Of a stretch of 61,202 bases of DNA, positions 16,841 through 24,249 are shown in pieces (positions within the stretch are counted from its first letter, which is position 1; each line of letters begins with the position of its first letter). The translations under genes were made by a program, and so were the position numbers. The stretch lies in assembly GCA_964592195.1 (NCBI GenBank), contig CAZQEI010000006.1, positions 1 through 61,202 on the forward strand, written 5' to 3'. The notes beneath the pieces are model-generated. The model was not told where the DNA came from. It saw only the letters and a list, made by a program, of their open reading frames with translations, and ran no database searches. Source of the stretch: an uncultured Gammaproteobacteria bacterium (GTDB taxonomy: Bacteria; Patescibacteriota; Patescibacteriia; UBA11705).

Positions 16841-17590
16841 ATGGAAGATCAAGCGAAAAAATGGCTGGAACACAATCAAAACAGTTATGATGCCATTGCC
16901 GAGGAGTTTTCCTTGACGCGACATTATGTTTGGCGTGATTCTCAAGTGTTTATGGAATATATTAATGATGGGGATAAAGTTTTAGATTTGGGATGTGGGA
17001 ATGGGAGACTGGTGGATTTGTTAACGCAGAAAAAAATAGAATATCTGGGTGTTGATTTCAGTTCTGGTTTAATTGAAACTGCAGAATTTAATTATCCTTT
17101 GTTGAGTTTCCAAAAAGCTGATGCTCTCACTATGGATCTGGGAAAGACTTTTGATGCCATTGTTAGTGTTTCGGTGCTCAATCATATTCCGGCTCCATTT
17201 AACGATAGTTATTTGCATGATCAATTTATCAATTCTGCAAAAAAACATTTGAAATCTGGCGGCCATCTATTGCTCAGTAACTGGAATCTGTGGGGTAATG
17301 AAAATAAAAAGGGAGTAGCTTCTTTTCAACTGGAAAAGAATGAATTAAGCGAAGAGGATTTTTTTCAAAAATTTAAAACCAAAAAAGAATTAGTCGGACC
17401 GCAAGATGTTTTGACTGTTTGGGGCAGTTCAATGGAAGTGTTGTATTACTATGCTTTTACTGTAGAAGAATTAGTGGTTTTGCTGGAGAAAAATGGTTTT
17501 GAAATAATTAAGTCTTATTATTCAAAGAATGGCGCAGAGGTTGAAAAAGAAGTTGGTGATAATATCATTGTAATTGCAAAATTACCATAG
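16841..17590 (+). CDS. Class I SAM-dependent methyltransferase
   Basis: Motif I VLDLGCGNGR, with the post-I acidic residue (GVDFS). Confidence 0.8.
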   Translation: MEDQAKKWLEHNQNSYDAIAEEFSLTRHYVWRDSQVFMEYINDGDKVLDLGCGNGRLVDLLTQKKIEYLGVDFSSGLIETAEFNYPLLSFQKADALTMDLGKTFDAIVSVSVLNHIPAPFNDSYLHDQFINSAKKHLKSGGHLLLSNWNLWGNENKKGVASFQLEKNELSEEDFFQKFKTKKELVGPQDVLTVWGSSMEVLYYYAFTVEELVVLLEKNGFEIIKSYYSKNGAEVEKEVGDNIIVIAKLP

Positions 17591-17632
17591 TTGCTTTCTT
17601 GCTTTTTTGATTTCTTGTTTTATTACTAAAAT

Positions 17633-18997
17633 ATGAACGATATAAAAAAAGTTTTCATTTCTGGCGCGGGTGGAATTGGTGTTTCCGCGATTGCGAAATA
17701 TTATTTACAACACAATGCAGTTGTCTTAGGTTCTGATTTAGTTAAAAATGAATCAACGGAGCAACTCGAAGACATGGGCGCGAAAATTGTTTATCAACAA
17801 GTAGCGGAAAATATTGCTACTGATATTGATTTGTTTGTTTATTCTCCAGCTGTGCATGAAGATCAATCAGAACGATTGCGTGCCACTGAGTTAAATATTA
17901 TTCAAAAAAGTTACCCGCAAATGTTGGGTGAATTGAGTTTGAAACATGAAACAATTGCCATTTCTGGAACAAACGGTAAATCAACAACAACTGCGATGTT
18001 GGGTTCAATATTTGCTGATGCTGATGTTAATCCTTTGGTGATTATTGGTTCTAAGTTGCCAAAATTTAAAGGTAATTTCCGTTACGGTGATGGACCGTTT
18101 GTCGTGGAAGCTTGCGAATATCGTGGTCACATGTTGAATCTATCGCCACGCGCTATTGTTTTAACTAATATTGAGGAAGATCATTTGGACTACTTTAGAA
18201 ATATTGATCACATTATTGAAACTTTTCAAGAATACATTAATAAGTTAAATCGATTGAGTGATGTTTTAGTTATAAATGCTGATGATGTTAATTCTTCAAA
18301 GTTAAAATTACCCAAATGTAAGGTTGTAACCTATGGATTGAATGCTGGAAACTATCAAGCGCGAAATATTGAGGTCGGTTGCGGTCAGCAAAGTTTTGAT
18401 GTGTTTGAAAGTGATGTTTGTTTGGGGAAAATTGAATTTTCCATGCCTGGTGAATTTAATATCTATAATGCCTTAGCCGCGATTGCTATGGCTCGTAGTT
18501 TCAATGTTGAATTTGCGGTAATTAAAAAAGCTTTGGCAGAATTTTCTGGCCTGTGGAGAAGATTTGAAAAAATTGCTGATGATAAAATTGTGGTAATTTC
18601 AGATTACGCTCATCATCCGACTGCAGTTGAAGGTACTCTGAAAGCTGCTCGAGCGTTCTATTCAGGACGAAGAATTGTGGCCATTTTTCAACCGCACCAA
18701 CATAATCGCACGAAAAATTTGTTTAAAGATTTTGTTCAATCATTTGAAGCGGCTGATGTGATTATCTTACCGGAAATATTCGATGTGGCCGGAAGAGAAG
18801 AGGCACCAGATCAAAATGTCAGTTCTTTAGATATAGTAAATGAACTAATCAAATTACATCCAAATAAAATCATTAAATTCGCATCTGATTTGGAACAAGC
18901 TAAGGTCATTGCGACTGAATTAATTAAAGAAGATGATATTGTGGTGGTAATGGGCGCTGGAGATGTTTATCAATTAGCGACAATTGCATTAATTTAA
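17633..18997 (+). CDS. murC: UDP-N-acetylmuramate--L-alanine ligase
   Basis: N-terminal GAGGIGVSAIA, P-loop GTNGKSTT and Mur-ligase C-terminal motifs. Confidence 0.9.
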   Translation: MNDIKKVFISGAGGIGVSAIAKYYLQHNAVVLGSDLVKNESTEQLEDMGAKIVYQQVAENIATDIDLFVYSPAVHEDQSERLRATELNIIQKSYPQMLGELSLKHETIAISGTNGKSTTTAMLGSIFADADVNPLVIIGSKLPKFKGNFRYGDGPFVVEACEYRGHMLNLSPRAIVLTNIEEDHLDYFRNIDHIIETFQEYINKLNRLSDVLVINADDVNSSKLKLPKCKVVTYGLNAGNYQARNIEVGCGQQSFDVFESDVCLGKIEFSMPGEFNIYNALAAIAMARSFNVEFAVIKKALAEFSGLWRRFEKIADDKIVVISDYAHHPTAVEGTLKAARAFYSGRRIVAIFQPHQHNRTKNLFKDFVQSFEAADVIILPEIFDVAGREEAPDQNVSSLDIVNELIKLHPNKIIKFASDLEQAKVIATELIKEDDIVVVMGAGDVYQLATIALI

Positions 18998-18999
18998 AT

Positions 19000-19500
19000 A
19001 TGTCTATTGAATCAGGAGCAACAAATCTGACCAGTTCAGTCAGTAAAGATAAACAAATTGGATATGTTGATTTATCTGAATCCATGCGAGCTTTGGTGGC
19101 AGAAAAAAAGAAGTTAACTGACCCTAAAGACATAAAAGAAGCATTGAGATTGGTTACGGAAATGACTAATTTAATGCAAGACAAACCTAAAAAAAAGAAA
19201 GAGCGAATTCCTGGAGAAAAAATTAAATATATACTTGAGTTTGAAGATTATATTGATCATTCAGCTGGTGGAGTTTCCGTTCAGAAGGTAGAACAAGAAG
19301 TTCTCGCAATTGATGATACTGAGGCTATGAAAATTGGTAAAAATATTGAAAATACTGAATCAACAAATCAAACTTGGGGTTTTCGTCATTATCAATTGAA
19401 GCGGGTGTATCCAGGTCATTTAGAAAATAAGTTAGTTGAAGATGATGATGGAGTGGAAAGATTTGTTGATGTTGCAGTCAAGGACGAATATGAAGATTAA
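19000..19500 (+). CDS. Hypothetical protein (166 aa)
   Basis: ATG lies 2 nt after the murC stop; no motif recognised. Confidence 0.5.
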   Translation: MSIESGATNLTSSVSKDKQIGYVDLSESMRALVAEKKKLTDPKDIKEALRLVTEMTNLMQDKPKKKKERIPGEKIKYILEFEDYIDHSAGGVSVQKVEQEVLAIDDTEAMKIGKNIENTESTNQTWGFRHYQLKRVYPGHLENKLVEDDDGVERFVDVAVKDEYED

Positions 19501-19514
19501 ATTAAAACAAAAAT

Positions 19515-20351
19515 ATGGAGACATTTAACGAAGTAATTGAATTTAAAAAACAACGAGAAATATTAGATGGGAAGTTTGATTTTTTTCATGGTGAAATTGC
19601 TGATGGTGATTTCGGTCCGACTAAGCCAGAGTTTCATGATAGACTAAATGCTGTGCGGGAAGCTCGAGGCTTACAATTTATATTCGCACCCAGCTTAAAT
19701 TTTACTCAACGGGTTGGTTCATTAACAGATGAAAAAGAACAAGTGTTTATAGTTGGTCCAAAAGGCGGGAAAGTAAAATATGCTGAGGAAGGTATTTTAC
19801 GCACACTTAATAAAGCTGATGGTGGTGTTATATTTATGGATGATTTAGAGTCTATCGGGATTCCTATGGAAAAAGTTGCTGTAGCTGCAGCCAACGCTGA
19901 TTGCCCATTTATAATTGGTTATGAATCAGAAAAACGCGCATTCTTCATGTTACACGCTGGACTTGGTTGTCTGTATAAAGCTGGTGAAAATGAAAAGCAC
20001 ACTATTTTTCAAGATTTAGTCGAACGTTGGAATCTAAATCCAGCCAAAATGAAAATCTTTGTTACTGCTGGTATTCAAAAGTGTTGCTATGGACGTGATG
20101 ATACTATGTTCCAAGGGGTATTTAATGAATGGGGTGGTGATTTGAAGTCCGTGGCCTCAATGGGCTCTCGAACCGGACAAACATCTTTAGATTTGAGTGG
20201 TATGATTGTGCGTGATTTGGAACGTGTCGGCGTTCCGGGAAAAAATGTTGAAGTGGACACGCATTGCACTTGTTGCGATGGAAAGCATTTTAGTAATGTG
20301 AAAGGGGATAAAGGCCGAAATTTATTGTTAGTTAATTTGCATAAACAATAA
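19515..20351 (+). CDS. YfiH/PgeF-family (DUF152) protein, putative peptidoglycan editing factor
   Basis: NADCPFI, LHAGLGC, CCYG and THCTCCDGKHFSNVKGDKGRN align with the family motifs TADCxP, HAGWRG, CYEV and CTxxxxxxFxSxRR. It sits inside a mur cluster. Confidence 0.65.
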   Translation: METFNEVIEFKKQREILDGKFDFFHGEIADGDFGPTKPEFHDRLNAVREARGLQFIFAPSLNFTQRVGSLTDEKEQVFIVGPKGGKVKYAEEGILRTLNKADGGVIFMDDLESIGIPMEKVAVAAANADCPFIIGYESEKRAFFMLHAGLGCLYKAGENEKHTIFQDLVERWNLNPAKMKIFVTAGIQKCCYGRDDTMFQGVFNEWGGDLKSVASMGSRTGQTSLDLSGMIVRDLERVGVPGKNVEVDTHCTCCDGKHFSNVKGDKGRNLLLVNLHKQ

Positions 20352-20352
20352 T

Positions 20353-20520
20353 ATGAGTTTGGAGGAACATTTAGAAAAAAAAGTGTTGAATAAAGCTCGC
20401 GTGCGGCGACAGCGTAAACCGTTAACGAAAAATACCGGCGGGTTAAGTCGCTCAGTAGCGAAGTTTAGTCAGCATGCCAGTCGGGCGAAGGTGACTGTTA
20501 GAATAAAGTTGGGGAAATAG
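20353..20520 (+). CDS. Possible small basic protein (55 aa), absent from the ORF track
   Basis: ATG lies 1 nt after the upstream stop. MSLEEHLEKKVLNKARVRRQRKPLTKNTGGLSRSVAKFSQHASRAKVTVRIKLGK is Arg/Lys-rich. Confidence 0.3.
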   Translation: MSLEEHLEKKVLNKARVRRQRKPLTKNTGGLSRSVAKFSQHASRAKVTVRIKLGK

Positions 20521-20574
20521 CGACTAGGTGCTAGCGACTAGCGATTAGGAAAAAGAATATATAAATAAAAGATT

Positions 20575-21528
20575 ATGAACACACAAGAAGTGAAGTTAAA
20601 ATATAATTTAGAAGTTTTAGAAAATAAACCATTGGCTGAATTTACCACTTATAAAATTGGTGGACCGGCTAAGTATTTTGTCACTGTTAAAAATGTGGTT
20701 GAATTGAGACAAGCATTGCAAGTTGTGGTTGATAATAAATTGAAATATTTTATCCTCGGTGGGGGTAGTAATATATTGGTGTCAGATGATGGTTTTGATG
20801 GATTAGTAATTCATCTTGATGGTAGTGAGGTTGAATATAATGGAACAAAAGCTAAAGTTTTTGCCGGCATGTATTGGCCGAAGTTTGTGATTGATACTGT
20901 GAAGAATGATTGTGAAGGATTGGAATTCTTTGGTAATATTCCCGGTCAAGTCGGTGGTTGCATCCGAGGGAATGCTGGAGCCTATGGCAAGGCGTCTGGT
21001 GATTTTGTAGAAGAGGTTGAAGTGTTTGAAGTGAGTGATGATGAAGTGAGTTTGAAAGTGTTAAATAAAGAAGAATGTGAATTTGCCTATCGAGAAAGTA
21101 TTTTCAAGAAAAAAGATAATTGGGTGATCGCGTCTGTGACGTTTAAGTTAAATAAATTAACCACCAGTCAAGAAGAAAGACTAAAGTTAGTAGCGGAAGA
21201 AGGTGCTACGCGCTGTGCTAAACAACCGTTACAATTTCCCAGTGCTGGATGTGCCTTTAAAAATATTGAATATAATGAGTCCATGTCTCAATTTAAAGAT
21301 TGGATTAGTAACGGTAAACTACCAGCCGCGCGCTTTATTGAAAACGCTGGATTTAAGGGGAAAACTTTAGGTGGCGCCATGGTATCCGATGTGCATGCGA
21401 ATTTTATTCTCAATAAAGATCATGCGACAGCCAGTGATGTGATACAATTAATTAGCATGGTTAAGATGAAGGTGAGAGATGAGTATGGAGTCCAGTTGGA
21501 AGAAGAAATTCAGTATATAGGGTTCTAG
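20575..21528 (+). CDS. murB: UDP-N-acetylenolpyruvoylglucosamine reductase
   Basis: FAD-binding YKIGGPAKYF and ILGGGSNIL, with a MurB C-terminal domain. Confidence 0.9.
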   Translation: MNTQEVKLKYNLEVLENKPLAEFTTYKIGGPAKYFVTVKNVVELRQALQVVVDNKLKYFILGGGSNILVSDDGFDGLVIHLDGSEVEYNGTKAKVFAGMYWPKFVIDTVKNDCEGLEFFGNIPGQVGGCIRGNAGAYGKASGDFVEEVEVFEVSDDEVSLKVLNKEECEFAYRESIFKKKDNWVIASVTFKLNKLTTSQEERLKLVAEEGATRCAKQPLQFPSAGCAFKNIEYNESMSQFKDWISNGKLPAARFIENAGFKGKTLGGAMVSDVHANFILNKDHATASDVIQLISMVKMKVRDEYGVQLEEEIQYIGF

Positions 21529-21702
21529 ACATTACGAATTTTCGAATCTACAAATAAAAAATTGGGGATTTTGGAGATATTCAAACCAGACCAAATGAAA
21601 CCAATGCGTGTAGTTAATTGGAAGCTATTAAATAAAGAAAATGCCATCAATACATAAAGAATAATTCGTACACATTCGTAATTAATTCGTAAATTCGAAA
21701 TT
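21529..21702. repeat. Word-repeat spacer (ACGAAT / TTCGTA words)
   Basis: ACATTACGAATTTTCGAATCTAC ... AATTCGTACACATTCGTAATTAATTCGTAAATTCGAAATT. Confidence 0.55.
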
Positions 21703-21704
21703 AT

Positions 21705-21866
21705 ATGGAACAAAAAAAGTATATTTGCTCGGAGTGCGGATCGGTATCATACGGTGAACCGGGTATTTGTTGCGGTATGCCACGACAATTGGATGTTGAA
21801 AAGTGTTCTGCTTGTGGCCATTCTCACAAAAGCGGTGTCCCGTGCGAGTGTGGGTGCGAAAAATAA
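21705..21866 (+). CDS. Cys-rich mini-protein (53 aa), putative zinc-ribbon; absent from the ORF track
   Basis: MEQKKYICSECGSVSYGEPGICCGMPRQLDVEKCSACGHSHKSGVPCECGCEK contains 10 Cys in CxxC-type pairs and is locally GC-richer. The competing minus-strand ORFs look spurious. Confidence 0.45.
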   Translation: MEQKKYICSECGSVSYGEPGICCGMPRQLDVEKCSACGHSHKSGVPCECGCEK

Positions 21867-21870
21867 TCTT

Positions 21871-21912
21871 CATTGTACCAAGTTACTAATATACTAATTA
21901 CTAATTTACTAA
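21871..21912. repeat. Family B repeat, inverted copy
   Basis: The reverse complement is 33/41 identical to 51873-51913. Confidence 0.7.
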
Positions 21913-21915
21913 ACT

Positions 21916-22218
21916 ATGACAATCAAAACCAAAGCCACGAACATGGACATGACCCCAGCTATCGCGGCGAAGCTCGAAGAAAAGTTTTCCGGATTAACTA
22001 AGTATTTCGACAATATTCAAAGTATTGATGTTGAAGTGGGGAAGACTACTCGAGGCCAAAATAAAGGTGATGTTTTTTTCTGTGAAATAAATGTGGCTGT
22101 CCCAAAGACTTTGCTTCGTTATCGTGAAGTTACCGATGATCTTTATAAGGCCATTACAGATTGTAAAAATGGAATTCAACAAGAAATAAAAAAATACAAA
22201 GAAAAATTAAGTGAATAA
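21916..22218 (+). CDS. hpf: Ribosome hibernation promoting factor (short HPF/RaiA family)
   Basis: 100 aa. Family pattern: MTIKTKATNMDMTPAIAAKLEEKF...DLYKAITDCKNGIQQEIKKYKEK. Confidence 0.85.
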   Translation: MTIKTKATNMDMTPAIAAKLEEKFSGLTKYFDNIQSIDVEVGKTTRGQNKGDVFFCEINVAVPKTLLRYREVTDDLYKAITDCKNGIQQEIKKYKEKLSE

Positions 22219-22223
22219 TTAAT

Positions 22224-22847
22224 ATGTTCTATCGACAAGCTTTTCACACTATTTCAAAGTTTAAGGTCAGTTTTGTGATCAAAGTATTGATCGCCTCAGA
22301 CTTCATGGTCTGGGCGTCTTCAAACTTGTTAGCACCGATCTTTGCTATTTTTATTACCAATACTATTAAAGGTGCCAGTCTGGAAACGATCGGTTTTGCT
22401 GCTTCTATCTATTTTATAGTTAAAGCTATTTGTGAAATTCCAGCAGGCGTGTTGATTGATAAAAATCGACATAAGAAATTTGATTTGTATTTAACGGTTT
22501 TGGGAACGGTGATGACTGGTTTGATTTATTTTAGTTATAATTACATTACAACTATCCCAATGCTTTTCTTGGCGCAAGGTGCTTTGGGTTTGAGCGCGGC
22601 GATTTGTTATCCCGGCTGGTATTCCATGTTTACGAATCACATTGATAAAGAGAAGGAAGCGTTTGAATGGAGTTTATATGATGTGTCCATGGGCGTCGGG
22701 ATTTCCTTGGCCTCAGCGATTGGGGCTACTGTTGCTGATTTATGGGGATTTGGAATATTGTTCAACTCCTTGGGAGTGTTAACATTACTCGGCGCCGTGT
22801 TGTTGTTATCAATTAAGGGAAAATTAAAACCAGTCTTAGCTAAATAG
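22224..22847 (+). CDS. Half-size MFS-like membrane protein (6 TM, 207 aa)
   Basis: Six hydrophobic helices with an MFS motif-A-like loop GVLIDKNRHKK. It ends at a proper terminator. Confidence 0.55.
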   Translation: MFYRQAFHTISKFKVSFVIKVLIASDFMVWASSNLLAPIFAIFITNTIKGASLETIGFAASIYFIVKAICEIPAGVLIDKNRHKKFDLYLTVLGTVMTGLIYFSYNYITTIPMLFLAQGALGLSAAICYPGWYSMFTNHIDKEKEAFEWSLYDVSMGVGISLASAIGATVADLWGFGILFNSLGVLTLLGAVLLLSIKGKLKPVLAK

Positions 22848-22857
22848 ATAAAATAAA

Positions 22858-22880
22858 AGTCGGTGAAAACCGGCTTTTGT
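22858..22880 (+). terminator. Rho-independent terminator (GAAA loop)
   Basis: AGTCGGT/ACCGGCT stem, GAAA loop, TTTT. Confidence 0.65.
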
Positions 22881-22887
22881 GTTTAAA

Positions 22888-22913
22888 CAAAAAATCATGC
22901 GCTATGGCATGAT
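22888..22913 (-). terminator. Rho-independent terminator of the island
   Basis: Minus strand: ATCATGC-CATAGC-GCATGAT then TTTTTT. Near-identical to the terminator at 23549-23574. Confidence 0.75.
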
Positions 22914-22918
22914 TAACT

Positions 22919-23488
22919 CTAATTTGTTGATTTTCGACAATGTTCAATAGCGGCTTCGCTTTCGGGTGTTACTCCCGGTGGCGGTGTGGTCGGAGTGTCA
23001 AACTGTCTTGGAGTGTTTAGAATACTATCGAGGTTTTTAGCCGCGGCCAAATTTGCCTCGTCATCACCCCAAAGATGAGCGTTGAGTTCTTTCGAACGAG
23101 TAATAGTATCTGCACTAAATGGAGTAACACAGAAACCTGGACCTGAACCTTTAGAAATTACCGGAGACGGACAATTGTATGAACGAGGTGTCAGTTTGTC
23201 AATCGCTAAACAGATTACTACACGATCTTTGAAAATCTTTCCCATTGACCGGATCCAGCGGTAAAGAATATACAAAGAGATCAAAGCACCTACTACGATA
23301 AAAATATCTTTGAAATGTGCGTATTCGGGATCTTTATAAAATACATATCCGACCGCAAGAACAAGAAGAAAATAGGAAATATCGCAAAGTGTGACAATAA
23401 GCATACGAGTGGAATTCCATTTTTTGTCTTTTTGGAGTTCTTCGAGTTTTTCAGTGTTCAAGTTGCCTCCTGTTTGGTTGTTTGTCAA
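22919..23488 (-). CDS. 2-TM membrane protein with ~100-aa C-terminal soluble domain (start uncertain)
   Basis: TM1 MLIVTLCDISYFLLVLAVGYVFY and TM2 IFIVVGALISLYILYRWI. AGGAGG precedes an internal TTG. The C-terminal domain carries 4 Cys and a Pro-rich tail. Confidence 0.55.
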   Translation of the reverse strand: MTNNQTGGNLNTEKLEELQKDKKWNSTRMLIVTLCDISYFLLVLAVGYVFYKDPEYAHFKDIFIVVGALISLYILYRWIRSMGKIFKDRVVICLAIDKLTPRSYNCPSPVISKGSGPGFCVTPFSADTITRSKELNAHLWGDDEANLAAAKNLDSILNTPRQFDTPTTPPPGVTPESEAAIEHCRKSTN

Positions 23489-23548
23489 AGGTCTTGGCTG
23501 ATTTGAATATTATACTAAAAGGCTATTTATGTCAAAGTGTTTGATTAA

Positions 23549-23574
23549 TAAAAAATCATGCGCAATGGCATGAT
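23549..23574 (-). terminator. Rho-independent terminator
   Basis: Minus strand: ATCATGC-CATTGC-GCATGAT then TTTTTT. Confidence 0.75.
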
Positions 23575-23582
23575 TCTAGTGA

Positions 23583-23915
23583 TTAACTTGGAGGTTGAAC
23601 GTCTCTATTTTCTTTAAATACTGTTACTCCTGCACCGGTAATAAATTCCTCAACGATCGAACTTTCTTCCGCGCTCAATTTGTTTATTTCTTTTTCTTTG
23701 CGAGAAAAGATGAGACCAGTCAGAATCATAATCAGCATGTTAGCGATGATTATTAAAATTCTATTGTGCATTTCAATTGTTTTATATTCAGCTATGTAGA
23801 TAATGAAATAAAACGCAAATAACATTATAAATAGCGAAATATAGAAATAACAATTTATAATACGGGTTTTTGATTGATGAATTTGGAAAAGTCGGTTGAA
23901 CTTAGCTTGCTCCAT
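23583..23915 (-). CDS. Small 2-TM protein (110 aa)
   Basis: Charged N-terminus, TM1 CYFYISLFIMLFAFYFIIYIA, TM2 ILIIIANMLIMILTGLIF, acidic C-tail. It overlaps the upstream gene by 14 nt. Confidence 0.55.
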   Translation of the reverse strand: MEQAKFNRLFQIHQSKTRIINCYFYISLFIMLFAFYFIIYIAEYKTIEMHNRILIIIANMLIMILTGLIFSRKEKEINKLSAEESSIVEEFITGAGVTVFKENRDVQPPS

Positions 23916-24228
23916 GCTTTACCTCCAGGCTGCGAATTTGTGAAACTATTACCGTGGTAAAGAGGAAACCATTTTCCCGTAATTCGGCAACAATTCTTTC
24001 GTATTTAATTCGTGTTGTGAAATAATGTACGATGGAAGTGGTTATTGCTAATAGACAGATTATTGACTTCGATAAATATAAGTAGTTTGGTAAAACAGTA
24101 TATTGATTAATCATCTCTGAAATGATACAGAAAGTAGCCATCACGGCAATACAAATGAAAATATTAAAACGATTTTTCTTGTGAATTATCTGATTTAATC
24201 TTTCATATCTATGATGATCAGATCTCAT
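23902..24228 (-). CDS. Small 2-TM protein (108 aa)
   Basis: AGGAGG RBS 21 nt after the PurA-like stop. TM1 FNIFICIAVMATFCIISEMI, TM2 SIICLLAITTSIVHYF. Confidence 0.55.
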   Translation of the reverse strand: MRSDHHRYERLNQIIHKKNRFNIFICIAVMATFCIISEMINQYTVLPNYLYLSKSIICLLAITTSIVHYFTTRIKYERIVAELRENGFLFTTVIVSQIRSLEVKHGAS

Positions 24229-24249
24229 GGTGTGGCCTCCTGCTTTTGT

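Noticed and set aside
21525-21873. Minus-strand ORFs 21525-21713 and 21682-21873
   Set aside because: They run through word-repeat spacer DNA, have no RBS and give junk-like translations. The plus-strand Cys-rich ORF at 21705-21866 explains the local GC rise better.
22224-22847. The half-size MFS gene as a pseudogene truncated by insertion of the adjacent island
   Set aside because: The ORF ends in a normal stop followed by a well-formed GAAA-loop terminator, and no remnant of a C-terminal MFS half is visible downstream. Truncation cannot be shown from this window.
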